Shown one piece after another: positions 12,546 to 25,619 of a DNA stretch of 64,000 nucleotides. The stretch lies in assembly GCA_965112155.1 (NCBI GenBank), contig OZ218103.1; one strand, 5' to 3'. A program made the translations under genes and the position numbers. Position 1 is the stretch's first letter; every line of letters starts with the position of its first letter. The notes beneath the pieces are model-generated. The model was not told where the DNA came from and made no database searches. It saw only the letters and a list, made by a program, of their open reading frames with translations. Origin of the DNA: Podarcis liolepis. Taxonomy: Eukaryota.

Positions 12546-14894
12546 AGAGGCTGCATCTGGAGCACAACGAGAGTTGTTGTAAATCACAGTCACAGGAATT
12601 GGGTGGGTACCAGAATCCCATTTTTAAGATGTCATATTATGGGGGAAAGAATAAGGGGGCTTTAGTGAAATCCACAAGCCCCACTCCCTGCTCCCACCAA
12701 TTTTAGCCAAATCACAATGTGTTTCCCCTGCAGTCTTCTAAATCTGTGGCTAAGAAGGACATCACAAAAGTTAAGGGGGCTGGGCCCCGTCTCACCCACT
12801 GTAATCCAAGCAGTGGATTTTCTCATTGGTTTGTGCTGTCTAGGGTTAAGTTCTCTGCTGGTACTTTAATTATATGGCTGGGGTAGGCTGAAATCTGAGT
12901 GATACAGACTTAATGTATGGAAGATCCTGTTTTAGGGTTAGGGTTACTGAGGTTACTGTTCAAGGCTTTTGTGTCCATTTCTCTCTTTGGATTTTATGAT
13001 GTACTCAAGGCCAGGCAAGGTCAGTCAAACACTGTTTTTGCGTATTCTGCATTTGCCCTTTTCCCGCTGACCCTTGTCTCCTTCCTTGCTTTGGATAGTA
13101 TAAACTGCCATTGCCCATATGAGGAAAAGAAGGGAAAGGGATGGCACTTAAAAGGCAGAAAAAACTAAAGTAAGCCATTTATTGAGGTGTGTACTTGTGT
13201 CCAGCGGGACGAACAAAAAAAACCTCTCAGACCTGTGCCTAGAAAACATGAAACAGAATAAAACATGGACCAAACAGAAGTGTGGATGTGCCCGTAGTTG
13301 CATAAATCTATTCTGAACTTCTATCAGAAAGCATGGCCAGACTGTGATATAAGTTGTCTAGGGAAGTTACAGAAGCAACATCACTTTTCTGTCTTAAGTT
13401 TCTACGGGTTTCTGCCTTAGAGAGCCTTTGTGGTTCCTTCCCACTTGATACATCAGTATGCAATGGTATTTAAGTGTACTATGCGATAACTAATTTGTTT
13501 TGACTAGCAATCTGTCTTGCACATCTTTACATCGGCTAAATTTGATCTCCCCCTGAGTCTGCATCCCTGTGCTCTTTTGGATGCATTATTTTGACACCTG
13601 AACAAATTCCTCTTAATTGTCATGTAATTATCATCCTCGGGAGACAGTGACTGCTGTGCACAAGAAGTTCAGTGTCCTCTTTGGTGCCAAACAAGAAATT
13701 GCTAAAAGAAGAAGGTACAAGAGAACTCAGAAGAAACTTGAGCTGCTATCAGTAGCCTGAACAATTCAGCTTGCCTTATAGGGACTGGGTGTTTGGGCAA
13801 GTTTGTCAGATCCCTAGGGGAAAACATCATTAAAGGGTTGGCTCTAAATGCTTAGAATAAAAACAAACAAGCAAACTGTATATGAGTGCCTCCTTACAGC
13901 CATGAGCTGGCAGTGTTTCTGGGTGCAGAAGCATTATTTGGTTGCTCTAAAGCTAATGTGGACCCTCCTTAGAATGATTGTTTTCTGAGCTGGAGGGAGA
14001 GGCAGCTTGTCACGGCAGATACCTGCTATCAGCCCAGGAATAACAGCAGGCCCATCACCAAGGGAAGAATAATCCCCACAGAACCTTCAGGAGCTTGATT
14101 ACAGACCCTGAGGCTGTGTCAGCATTTCTATTATGTTTCTGCCACTAGGCTTCTTCGCAGCCTGTCAGGCAACAGGTCTCTGGTATGGGGAGAGGGCTGC
14201 TCATTTATTCTGGGGCGTTTCAGAGTAAATGATTTGGGTAGATTTGTTAGGTCAGACACATGTTTATGAAATGTGAGAGAGCGAGAGTGAAATTGCTTTG
14301 CTTTGCTTTGCTGTTTGGCTGGAAAGCAGCCTTTGTTGCTGAAAATTAAGGGTGTGTTGTCACAAAGCGTTGGCTATCAGATTGCTTCCATGCAAAGCAC
14401 CTACGAATCTGTTTGCATCCTGGAGCATGTTGCCCTTATCCTGGGGCACTGTCTTTCAGGCTCTCTGTAAACATGGCAGACTACTGTGGTATTGGGGAAC
14501 ATCTCCACACCTACTATAACTCACAGATGCCCACAGAGGGGCAAACACAGTAAGAGTGTCTGCAGCACTGCTTCTTTGAGTTTGTGTAGAAGTGGCAGGA
14601 AGTGGGGGGGGGAAGCAAGCTGTAAAATATTTGCACCTTAAAATTAGAGAATCCGGGACACTGTCAATGCAGTCATTCAGACCCAAGCAGTGTGATGAAA
14701 TATTTGCCCCAATTTGCAATATAGATTCTCAGGTATTGCTTCAACAGGGAGACACAGTTCAATGTGCATTTGCTTGGCGTAGTTGTGCATGTTTGTGAAG
14801 CCCCATCATGCACAACCACACTGGATTAAAAAAAAGTAGTGCAGCCAACGCCTTAGTTTGCATATAGGAATCCTTTCTTCTTTTTTCCCTTTGC

Positions 14895-15460
14895 TAAAAA
14901 TATATTTTATTGATTTTCTGAGCTGAGTACTGAACATAAAAAGGATAAACAGTTATCTAGACAGAATACAGAGCTTAGTTAATGAAGAAAATAAGTATCA
15001 GCTGAAATTTGTAGTCACTTATATTCTAATATAGGCAGTCAAATAAAGGTGTCGCTCCATAGTGTTCCATGTGATGATTGTGGAGGGAAACCATACTCAA
15101 TTGATTTTACAAAGTCAATGCAAGCATACCATATTGTATAGAAGGTGTTCACTTTCACCCTGGTGTGACGTTCCTTTTGCAAAATGGTTAATTTTGCCAT
15201 AAGGGTGATGTCCCATACTTCTGAGAACCAAGCTTCAAAAAGGTTTGTATCTAGAGTCTTCCAGTATGTTGCTGTCACTAATTTAGCTGCTGCTAATAAC
15301 AGCAGAGTTAAGATCGTTATTGGTTGTATCTTGGTTTTGTGAGGAATCCTCTTTATATAGATATTGGTTAGAAAACAACTACAACAAACCCCTTTCCACT
15401 TCATAGCTATGCACTGTCCCCCATACAGCCATATTTTGTATTATTATGCCTTACCCGTTT
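14895..15460 (-). mobile_element. L1-clade LINE 3' fragment
   Basis: Track ORF 15039..15404(-) LLLLAAAKLVTATYWK...W resembles the squamate L1 ORF2 C-terminus; - strand AATAAA (ttttatt) near 14906 and T-rich end. Confidence 0.6.
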
Positions 15461-17602
15461 AGCATGCATTATTATTTAAATGTCTAAAATTCCAAGAATA
15501 CTCAGATGCATCCTATGTATATTCAGAAAGCAGTCTGTATTGTATACACACAGTAAATTTTCAAAATGCTTATTCTACAGTTGTCCCACAAAAGTGGTGG
15601 TGACATCTCTGGAATACTTCTGGAATAAACTCATTTTTTTATTCCAGTTTGGGGCATTACTACAAGTATCCCCTCCAGCCTTTTGTGAAGAGATGTTTTA
15701 TTGTTATGACATCTACACAATGTGCTTGTACCTTAATTTGGCAGCAATTTTGGCTACATCTAACAACAGAAAGGATGAAAAAGTCACTGGGGACAGGAAA
15801 TTGTACCGCTGCAGACCCATTGGCCCTGCAAATGTCTTCATATAACCTGAGACAATTCTAGGCACATTCATACATGCAGAGGTTCCTCCTGGGTAAGTGA
15901 TAAAGTTGCTCAGTTCTCTGTGATGCAACCACCATGCCTCCTTCTTCACAGGCTGCCAGCAGGTGTGTTCTTGTTGTCCAGACAGACCCACCTAAGGCTG
16001 TGATGTGTGAAGGGATTTCACAGAGCTGCTCTTGTGGTTTCTGTGTTGAAGTACCAACCCCCCTCTGCCCCGCTTTCAGGACAGGAAATATTCAGTTTCA
16101 AACACTTAGAACGAAGCATTTATTTGGAGCCCAGGGGAGTCTGCACACACAGGAGAGGGACGTGGCTGGCCCTTTTCATCTTTGCAGTGTTAGCAAGCCA
16201 AGGGCTGCAGGGGAGAGAACAGCCGTGCCAAGGAGGGTAAACACTGGAGATGAACCCTGCTGAGTTACAAGGGGCCAAAGGGAAGGGAAGGACAGGCAGG
16301 GAGGCCAAGCAAACACAAACACAGCTGCCAAAAACAAAGCTTGAAAGGGGCCATTTGAAGCCTGCAGCCTTGGCTGAAATATGGGGGCGTGGGAGCTCCT
16401 GGCACAATGGCATACTCAGACTTGGCACAGACCGGGTAGTGTGGTTGGTTGCTTGGCACCACACTCTCAGCTGCCTTCTTGTTTCCTTCAACAGGCGTAA
16501 GAAACAGAAAACTGTACCTGGTGGGTTCTGCGGGAGGTGCCTCTGTAAGGAGCAGATGTTATCTTGGGTGCTGGTTGACTCACAGTGCTAAAGTCACTCT
16601 GGCAACCCGCTGGATGAAATGATTTCAAGTGTATCCTTGAAATGGGTCCTTTTTCCTACAGTGAGTCTGCAATCTCTCCCTCCCAGTGTCACATAAATTA
16701 AGTGATCTGAAAAGTCCATTTCAATCTTAGGCCAGCAAACGATGGGCACCCATAGGGGTTACTAATATAGTAACTAGTTTTGTTTCTATGCCGCCCTCTG
16801 CTGGCGATCAGATGATCAGCATGCGTGACTGTAGTTTTTGGCAAAACCTTGGTTTCGTATTTTAATTTTTTAAAACAGCTGAGAATGTGTGTGGGGTTTT
16901 CTTACAAGCGATTTAAAATCATTTTTTCCCCCTGCCAAAACAAGGAAAATAATGAAGAAATTACCACCAGAAAAAGATGGGACAGAAACCCCATTAAAGT
17001 TGAAGAGCATTGAGTTGATTGTCCTTTCGTGACTCTGGGTCACATCTAGTGGTGATGGACAGAGAAGCAGCTCCAAGGAGCATTTCATGCTCTTGCAGTG
17101 CTGTGGGAAGGGGACAGCGAGATCACCCTGCATGTTTACCCATCCAACCATGCAGACTGCAGCAGGGATCCAGCAGGATTTCCCGTTTGCTCAGAGGCTG
17201 CCTGTTTGTTTTAGGAGGGAGGTCTCAGACACCAGCATTGTTACACTAATGGGACTATAGTTATAAATAGCAGCCAGTGGGGGACCTTCTGGGGTTATTT
17301 TGGACTTTGACCACACAAAAGTGGAAAGGCTCCAAGAGGAAGCTGGGGTTGCTCACCCTCCCAGTCAATGTGAGAGGATTGTTTAGGTCTGGCTATTATT
17401 GAAAAGCAGCAGCACTCTGGGTGTGATGGAGCAACAGTGAGCACTGCAAAACAGGCCAGTTGTTCTCCTTCTGATCCATAGCAGGGCTTACAGCAGGGGT
17501 GATGGTAGAAAGGACCAGCAATCTGTCTCTGTTCTGGAAGATGAGTTTAACAATGGCTGAATAAGAATAATCTGAATAATTTGCTGGCATGAACTTGCAG
17601 CA

Positions 17603-17812
17603 TATTTATTACATTTATGCCCCCTCCAAGGAGCTCAAGGCGGCATACATGGTTCTTCTCCCTCCCTATTTTATCCTCACAGCAACCATGTGGGGTAGGC
17701 TAGACTAAGAGTGAGTGACTGGCCCAAGGTCATCCAGTGAGCTTCATGGCTGAGTGGCCATTTGAAGCCTGGTCTCCCAGGTCTTAGTCCATCCCTCTAA
17801 CCACTACACCAC
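17603..17812 (-). mobile_element. CORE/MIR-like SINE
   Basis: Reverse complement of the 2368 family (ctctaaccactacacc ... gtgactggcccaaggtcatccagtgagcttcatggctgag). Confidence 0.78.
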
Positions 17813-18429
17813 CCTGTTTGTTTGTTTGCTTATGTACATATTCAGTCTAAAGTGAGTGTCACTGGACAAATCAAGATGGCATGTAGCCGGGGTGTCTTAT
17901 GGGCAATGCACTTTTTAGCATGTCAATATGCAAAATTAAAAACAACATATTGAGTTCCTTGAAAGGAGAGGGGAAGAGGCAGAGGAACCAGGGGCCTACA
18001 AAAAAGACCTGGGACTCAGGTTCTTTGGGCTACCTCATAACAGCACCCCTTCACTCCATCCTGATATAAGACTACTCCCCTCCACCCCCCTGAACTCTGA
18101 TAATTCAAACACCGTTTGCAGCTTTAGTTATAAAAGGGGATGATGGTGTGGTAGTTTACAGCAGGGGGAGAAGAAGCCTTGAGTAAGGTGCCCTCAGTTC
18201 AATGCCCTCAATATGTATAGAGAGAAATAAAACCCTAATTCCCATAAAGGGTTCTGTGGTGCACTTAGTGAGTGTATTATATAGTGAGGACATTGCTGGT
18301 GAAAGACATCTCCCCTGAAGCATGGCCTTGTGCATAATTTGAAGGCAAGGATGAGTCAAGGTTATTTCCAAACTTGTTTCAGTCCTGTTAAAGCGCCTCC
18401 CCCCTACACCTGTTTATGTAGCCCCGGCA

Positions 18430-18770
18430 AAGTGCTTGTGCCAACATTTTCTCCTTTGGGAGGTCTATTCCGTTCAAGGGGATTCATTTAACTGGGCTGT
18501 GCTTTTTGCTTGGGGCCATAAAATGGCACCTTTTGGCTTTTGATTGGAAGGCCATATTGTACGCAGCCTGCTTTATGGCGCATTACTGCCTCTCGCGCGG
18601 ATTTAACCAATTTGATCCATGTCTAATACATAAATAAATAATCCAGCAGGAACGCTTCACATTAGATGACAATAGGAAACTATAAAGCATGCTTCCCTTC
18701 ACGGCAGCCATCAGATCTGGGTGTGCTACGCCCTCTGACGACCAGAGCAGCTATCACAGCTATGGAGCTC
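18430..18770. promoter_or_regulatory. Candidate CNE/enhancer
   Basis: GCCATAAA and TTTATGGC (posterior HOX/CDX type) in opposite orientations, TGATTGG, CpG cluster ctcgcgcgg. Confidence 0.45.
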
Positions 18771-19284
18771 GTGCTTGCAGCCCTGCAACAGTCTAATAAT
18801 GTCTTTGGTCACTTGGTTGTTTGCCTTTAAAAAATATTTATACGTTAGCAGGGTGCTGCATATTCTAATGCAGAGTGTAGTAACATCTCTGAGCAGGGAA
18901 AGAAACTAGCTGTAGAACATAGAAAACCAAACTGCTGCCGGCTTCTCAACAAAATTCAGTTGTGCTGCAATAGGCCATGGAGGTCTTTCTGAGGCGATTC
19001 AAATGGTACAGAAATCATTGTCCCTGCTAGTTCAGAGCTCTCAGTATCTTTTGAGGTTGTGACTGGTTGAATTTGTACCAGAAGAAGAAGCCGAATAGGG
19101 TTGGTATAATTTCTAGTGCTAATAAATCACATTTCATCACAATCATTTATTTGTATGTCGCCTTTGTACAGTTAAACTCAAGGTGGCTTATCAAAAGATT
19201 TACATAATTACAAAAATATAACAAAACTTAAGTTCTAAGCAATAAATGAAAACATCCTAATACATATATAATAAAATAAACAAT

Positions 19285-19551
19285 GCAGGTTTTGGTGTCT
19301 TCGGGTGTCTTCCCGTGTAAGAGTTGGGGTGTCTAGGCGACGTTTCGACGAGGTCTCACTCGTCATCTTCAGGCTGGTGCTTACGGCTTCTTGTTACTGG
19401 AACAGAGCAGGATCTCAGTGTTTGAGTTCCTATAAATACTGTTGAGGGGGTGTGGTGTATTCTGGGCAGAGAGGAAGTTCCCAGGATAGTGTGACTTTTC
19501 TACTTTTGTTCCTTAATTACTTGAGGGATATCTTGAGTGATTTCTTGAGTG
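19285..19551 (-). mobile_element. Penelope-like element 3' fragment (second family), inserted in an A-rich LINE-tail remnant
   Basis: Perfect 11-bp TSD aaataaacaat (19274-19284 / 19552-19562). Carries a hammerhead motif on the - strand with CpGs retained. Confidence 0.8.
19333..19377 (-). ncRNA. Minimal type I hammerhead ribozyme motif with GUC cleavage triplet
   Basis: Minus strand reads CCAGC-CTGAAGA-T-GACGAG-TGAGAC-CTCGTC-GAAA-CG-TC^GCCTAG: intact core, 6-bp helix II, palindromic ACGT replacing helix III, short helix I. Confidence 0.82.
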
Positions 19552-19925
19552 AAATAAACAATCTCTACATAATTCATAATAAGGTCTAACAGTAAAGAGA
19601 CAAAAGCATTATTCTGTACCAGTAACAGCATTTCCAAAATGAAATCTTGACTCCAGCAAAAACTCTCCATCCTGATAGCCTCTAGGCATCTTGAGCAGCA
19701 GCCCTGCAGGATTCACAGCAAAGATGGTCTCTGACCATTTTAGTAGCAACAGCTGTTTCTGTGGCTGGAGTCAGTCAGCGACCCACCCTCCCAGGCCAGG
19801 TAGAAACAGGCCAGCAAAGCAGGGAGCAGGTCTTGCAGGACTCACAGCAAAGATGCTCTTCTGCTTGGTAGACCTTCAAAAATACCCATATATTTCTTAG
19901 GTTTTCAGTATCCCTCCTGTTCATC

Positions 19926-19926
<1 letters not shown>

Positions 19927-19956
<30 letters not shown>
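19927..19956. repeat. (AC)n microsatellite
   Basis: Direct reading. Confidence 0.97.
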
Positions 19957-19959
<3 letters not shown>

Positions 19960-21074
19960 ACAAACCATTCAAGGAAGTTGCTTGTCTTTTCTGAATCATC
20001 TCAAGCTTACAAGGAGCCATGTATATCCAGTTTCTCCCCTGAAAGTTTGTTTACATGGCTTGAGTGCTAACTTGAGTGGTAGAAGTGCTTTAGTTCAGCT
20101 CGTGAAAGGTTACTATGACTTAATCCTTACTTGCACTTTTGATAGAAGTCTATTTTAAAACCACATTGTTTCTGCCTCTGCTTAGTGCCTTCTGAGAAAT
20201 CAATGGCATGGTTCCTAGCAGGGCGATTGGGGACAAAGAGTTAGAATATTGATACTGAGTAAAATATACTGTTGTAAGACTCTCTCACTTTTAAGGCCGT
20301 TTCATGCAAAATGAATTTCCTTCATGGATATAATTCCCATGTAAGAAAACTGGGTGTGTGCCCAAGGACCCCATTATAGAAATACATTGTGTACTCTCAA
20401 CAGTTCTGTAAGGAAGTGATAGTTATGTAAGCAAATAGGCTGGGGAGCCTGTGTATAGGTAACGTTAGAAAAGTGCAAATATGTTATTGCTGCCATTTCA
20501 AGCAGTGGTAAGCAGCAGTCATAGTCAGTCAGTCTGTATGTCTGTCTCTCTGTCTCATGGTAGTAGGAGGTGGGGCATCTTGCTTCTTGGCCGATGGTGC
20601 AGAAAGAGCCTGCCCTAGTAATTTCCCCTAGCTGCTAGAAGTGCTCCTTCTCTCCCTTTAATTGCCTCCTTCAGCCATGTTTATAGGATAAGAAGCTGAA
20701 GTTAATTTCTTCAAGCTAACTTCCCTCAGCACCTCCCCACAGTCACCCCTTTCCAAGCTTATAAGGGTCTAATCCTAAGCCAGGGCCAGCTGCTGCAGCC
20801 CATTACATAGGTCCAAAGTTCTGCTGAACTTAGCCAATGGTGTGTGGCCACAAGTGCATTCCTGAAACAAACAAGGAGCGGCATTCAGAAAAGCCAGTGG
20901 GTAGAAGAGACACAAATTGGCTACTGAGCTAGTAATTGAGGCTACAGATATTTGTGGGATGTTGTTTTTCTGAAACACTTTCTATTTCCAAGCTATAAGA
21001 GTGGTGGGATGGTACTAATGAATGGATTTGAGGGTACCTGAAACTCAATACTCTATTCTTGTGTTCCATTACAG

Positions 21075-21204
21075 GCAAAAAGAAGGCAACACTTTTTGAC
21101 AGCCAGGCTCCCATCTGCCCCATTTGTCAGGTCTTGCTTCGCCCGGGTGAGCTGCAGGAACACATGGAGCAGGAAATGGAGAAGTTAACACAGCTCAACA
21201 TCAG
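21075..21204 (+). CDS. RNF220: RNF220 internal coding exon, 130 nt (corresponds to mammalian exon 3): (G)KKKATLFDSQAPICPICQVLLRPGELQEHMEQEMEKLTQLNI(S)
   Basis: Acceptor ...ttccattacag| ends at 21074, donor AG|gtaagg starts at 21205. The manual translation matches the RNF220 motif DSQAPICPICQVLLRPxELQEHMEQE as recalled from the vertebrate protein. Phase 1 in, phase 2 out. Confidence 0.95.
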
Positions 21205-21647
21205 GTAAGGACAGCCAGGGTCTTCACCAACCCACGTACTACCACAAGCATCAGTGTGCATAACCCCAAGACACAGCTAACGTGGGTCCCATCCCTCTAT
21301 AGTCAGTGTGGCATGTACCAGCTGAGCAATCTATAAATTTGTTCTTGTATACCTTGGTGAGGAGTGTTTAACTCTTACTGCAGATTTTTAGAACATTAAA
21401 CTATCTGTGTACCCTTCTTTTGAACATGTGTTTTCAGTCCCAATAATCAATCAATCTGAGATGCTTCTCCCACCACCAAAAAGGAGGAGGGAGGAAACTT
21501 TAGGTGTTGCAAAATATTCCCCACCAAGGCTCTCAGGCAATGTTATTTTCCTGATTGATCATACCACACAAGATTTATTGTGAGTACAACACATTTTGGG
21601 GGATTCTTTCTCAAGGGCACTTTTTTAAAAAACAACTTTGACACACC

Positions 21648-21798
21648 AGGGGCAGAATTAGGTAATCTTTGGTAATATGGTGCCCTGAGCGACCCCAAAA
21701 TTTGGCGCCCCCAAATGGATCTTCTCAATTTTGTGCCCCCTCAGCTCGCTGCCCTTTTGTGGGGGAACTGCCGGCACCACCCTAAATCCGATGTGGGG
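21648..21798. mobile_element. GC-rich non-autonomous DNA element (hAT/Harbinger-like)
   Basis: caggggcagaattagg ... ccctaaatccg imperfect TIR with internal gcccc repeats. Confidence 0.45.
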
Positions 21799-22289
21799 GA
21801 CACTGGCTCTCAGGCTGCTTCTCTCTGTAGCCAGCCCTGCCTGCATTGATGTCTCTGGTGCTGCTTCACTGGTTTCAGGGAAAACTCCCAGCATGCATTT
21901 TTATCTCTTAACCTGTAAATTCCATACTGGCCTACCTAGCCTGCCAATGAAAATGAAATTGAAAGGTTTGAAATCTCTGATCCCCTCCCCCCAGCTTTCA
22001 TCGATTGCAAAACAAATGTGTGATCTTACCAATATGGAAAACAACACTGCCAAAGAGTTTTGGTGGGGAATTACTGCCTCTCCAGGTTCCCCCTTTCGTG
22101 ACTCCTATGAACAGCAGCCTCTTTTTCTCAGGCATCCTTGCCTCCCCAGTGCAGCAGAGAAGAGGTTAAGCATGTGGACACAAAGGTGGCGTCCACCAGC
22201 CCACCTCCCAGAGGCTGCCACCTGCCCTGAGGCTGCCTCTCCCTTGCCTGCTGCTGCTGCTTTCACCAGCGCAGCAAAAGTCCTCTGTG

Positions 22290-23340
22290 TTTTTTTAAAA
22301 ATAATAATTGCATTTTAACTGCTAGCAGTTATTTAGGAAATCGCTGCAGCCAAGGGTTGGCAGATCCCTGGCCTTCCCTTAATAAAACTGCAGCCTGGGA
22401 GAGAGCGTGTTTATTTCAATTATTAATGAATTCCCCGGTCATTAAAAGGTGAAGAAAGAGATCAGGCTGCCGATGGCAGCAAGGTGATGTCATCAGGTGG
22501 CTGGGAACAGTAGGAAGCAGGGAACAACCAGGTTTTGGACCGCCCAGCACCTCAACAGACCACCCCTCAAGGTTCGAAAAGAGGGCCCAGCTTAGCCTGG
22601 AGTCTTTTCTCAGTGTAACAAGGGGGATTATTGGACACAGGTGTAAGGAACCAGTTTCCACAGGGTATAAAAAGAGGGGCCTACTGAATCCAGGCTGGAC
22701 CAAGACCTCCCAGATCCATACCGATGTAGGATCCAGTACCGAGCCAGAATCTGCCACTTCTCAGACGGGAGGGAAGAGGAGTGGGGGGGGGGGGAGGCAA
22801 CAGCCAAGTCATTTATCCCATGTGACACCCGGTTCCCTTGTGCGCATAATTTATGGTGTAATTTGGGCTGCATCCAACTTAATAAAGGGCCACAGCAAAT
22901 TAACGAACAGGTTTAAATGAACAGAAGCAATTAGCGCTCAGAGGAGCCTGTGGAAAGAGCGAGGCTAGTCTTGGAGTGGAGCTGGCCGAGAGCAGCCTGT
23001 GGCTGGCGTGAGGCAGGGAGGTGGGGGGGGAGGTGGCGTTTAATGGGAAAGGAAAGGAAACACTAAATCATAAAGGCTGACAAGGGCCATTGTGGGCCAG
23101 CTGACAAATGAAAAAGAATGGCATTATTCCTTTAAATAACCACGGCAGTTAAAGGGGGAGACAGCTTACTCCTAGCCCTTGCCCGCTAAGGCTGCATGCA
23201 TGGGGAAGAGCAATAGCAGGGTCTTTATTAATTATTAACTAATGACTCCTACCATGCTGCAATAGATAACGCTCAGTCTCCTCTGCAGATCAGGCCCCAG
23301 GGGCTAATCACCAGCCCGCTGCCGCATCCTGCCCCAGCCT
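22290..23340. promoter_or_regulatory. Candidate CNE cluster downstream of the first exon in the window
   Basis: Dense TAAT/ATTA, TTTATGG, AAATCATAAA next to TGACA, and ttattaattattaactaat. Confidence 0.45.
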
Positions 23341-23478
23341 GGCAGTGGGAACAAGCCACCTTAAATGTCAGGCTACTTTTGTGTCTCATGGGAACTGGGG
23401 TTCAGGGCTTCCTTGCATAGAACATGGTATATAAACATGGCCTCTTACATGAACTTGCCCATCTTCAACACAAATCTC

Positions 23479-23480
<2 letters not shown>

Positions 23481-23512
<32 letters not shown>
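23481..23512. repeat. (TG)n microsatellite
   Basis: Direct reading. Confidence 0.97.
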
Positions 23513-23513
<1 letters not shown>

Positions 23514-24399
23514 TGCTTTGTGTATTCAAGATGGTGGCACCATCCTTCCAGCTTGTGACCCTGGGCACAGAAAGGACTTGGGAGACAGAAGCCATCCATA
23601 ATGAGAAAGGGAAGCTAATAACCAATCTCAAATAAGCCAATAAACTTGAAAATAAAATGTAGGCTTATAAATGTGATGGGCTAGAGTACAGGAGCCCAAC
23701 ATACCTCTCTGCCAAACTCCAGTCGTTACCAAAATGGCCCAGCAGCTGTTACTAATCACTGTGGTATGGGAAAATCATCCTGGGAAGTGGGAGAACCTCG
23801 CTTGCCAAAGGGAAGGATCTTCTTCTTTTTTTAAAGGGAAGATGTGCCCAACCACAGATTGTTGTTTCAGCTATTAAATAAACATTAGGGTAAAGGAAAC
23901 CTCCTGTGGTGTGGGATGAAAAAAGCAGCCTTCCCTGGTCATGGCCACACAAAGAATGCCCTGGCCCATATTGTCTTCTCAGCAGGGCATCGGTGTGAAC
24001 ACTGCACAGTAAAGCGATTTGGACATTACTCAGAAGCATTTAACTCCAGTGTTTATGAAAAGCACCAGTGGCTCCATGGTTTGTGGCCTCTAAAGGCTTG
24101 TTTACACAGCCAAAAAGGTTTAGAGGTAATGATTCCAGGGTTATCATCTTGAGGTAACAACCTTTATCTGCATTAACAAGGCACTGGGGGATGTTACAGC
24201 TACATCTCCTTACTGGTGTTACTCAATAGATGGCATTTTTTCACCAGAGATTATGACTTCAATTTACATGATATTTGTTTGTTTTCCCATTTATGACTTG
24301 CCTTTCTTCCATCATGGAGCCCCCATCCTTTCACTAACCAGACTCAGATCTGCTTAGCTGCAGTAACGTTACTGTACCATATGCCTTCAGACCAGGAAT

Positions 24400-24503
24400 T
24401 GGATGGGGGAATTGGATAGCGTGTTGAGATTCCTGTATTGCAGGGGGTTGGACTAGATGACCCTGAGGGTCCCTTCCTACTCTACAATTCTATGATTCTA
24501 TGT
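24400..24503 (+). mobile_element. CR1 LINE 3' tail
   Basis: gggggttggactagatgacc...cccttcctactctacaattctatgattctatg, the (ATTCTATG)n CR1 terminus. Confidence 0.85.
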
Positions 24504-25619
24504 CTTGGACTTGAGATGTATAATCGTAGTATCTTAGAACAAAAGAGAGGAGTGTTGTTTCTATTTTTAATTGAGATTGCTGAGTCTATGTCACCTCACT
24601 TCAGTTTCTGATTCAACCCTTGCTTGGGTGAACAAATCAGTTTTCATCCCCAAACAACAGACTTATCTGTTACAGCAGGATTTGTCCCCTCTACCAGAGA
24701 AAAATAAATTCAAACTTGGCTTATTTGGGACTTTGACATGAACTTTGAATGACAAACCTTCCTCTTCACACATGCCTTACTACTTTTTGTTAGCTTTGCT
24801 TTAATTATCTCCAGAATCAGCACTGCCTCATTTTGTAGATCCAGTGTAGGAACACTCTAGCAAGGCATTTTTTAAACCCTCAACAGGTGTGAAGCAAGTT
24901 GCAGCTGTCTCACTGGCCATGTAGTCCAGTTGCCACTGCAACAGCTTTGCCCTTGCTCTGGCTATGTACACCCTATGCCATTAAAGCACATCTGAAACAC
25001 ATTCTTTCCCTTCAAAGAGTTACAATCCCAGTGAACCTTAACAAACAACAGTGTTCAGAATTCTCTGAAGAATGTGCTTCGAATTTGCTCTAAAGGTATA
25101 GTGTTTGTACACGGCTGTTTATCCAGTGAATGTGCAGTCTGTTGCATTTGTGCCTGATTGGACGTCCTGCATATTTTTGAATGGGAGGTGAACTGGAGCA
25201 CAACGGTTCCTCTGAGCAAGGCTATCCTCTGTGGTCTGAACAATGAGTGAAGCGCATGTGACATTGGTAGCCTGCTTTAGTATTGCCCAATAGAGGGGAA
25301 GTGGCTGAATAAGCCCTAAAAAGAAACTAGATAGGCAACTATCCAGAGCTGAAGGATAGTCTGAAGGAATCTTGCTGGGCCAGGGGATTGGACTATATTG
25401 CCTCCAATGATATTTCTAATATTCTTTAATTTAAAAGCAGTGCCTAGCACCTACCTTGCCACAAAATGTTGCATCTATTTCCAAAACTGCCCTGTAAAAG
25501 TAAGATAGAAGCTTGTTTGTTTTTCAGAAGGACATGCCAGCGTGGACGGAGTTAATCCCCTCCAAGCCGAAGCTTGTAGTTTTGTTTTCTTTCAATTTAT
25601 ATCCTTCGCTTAAAAAGGG

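Noticed and set aside
21731-22318. 195-aa ORF
   Set aside because: Non-ATG start inside a repeat, no recognisable domain, no exon-like boundaries.
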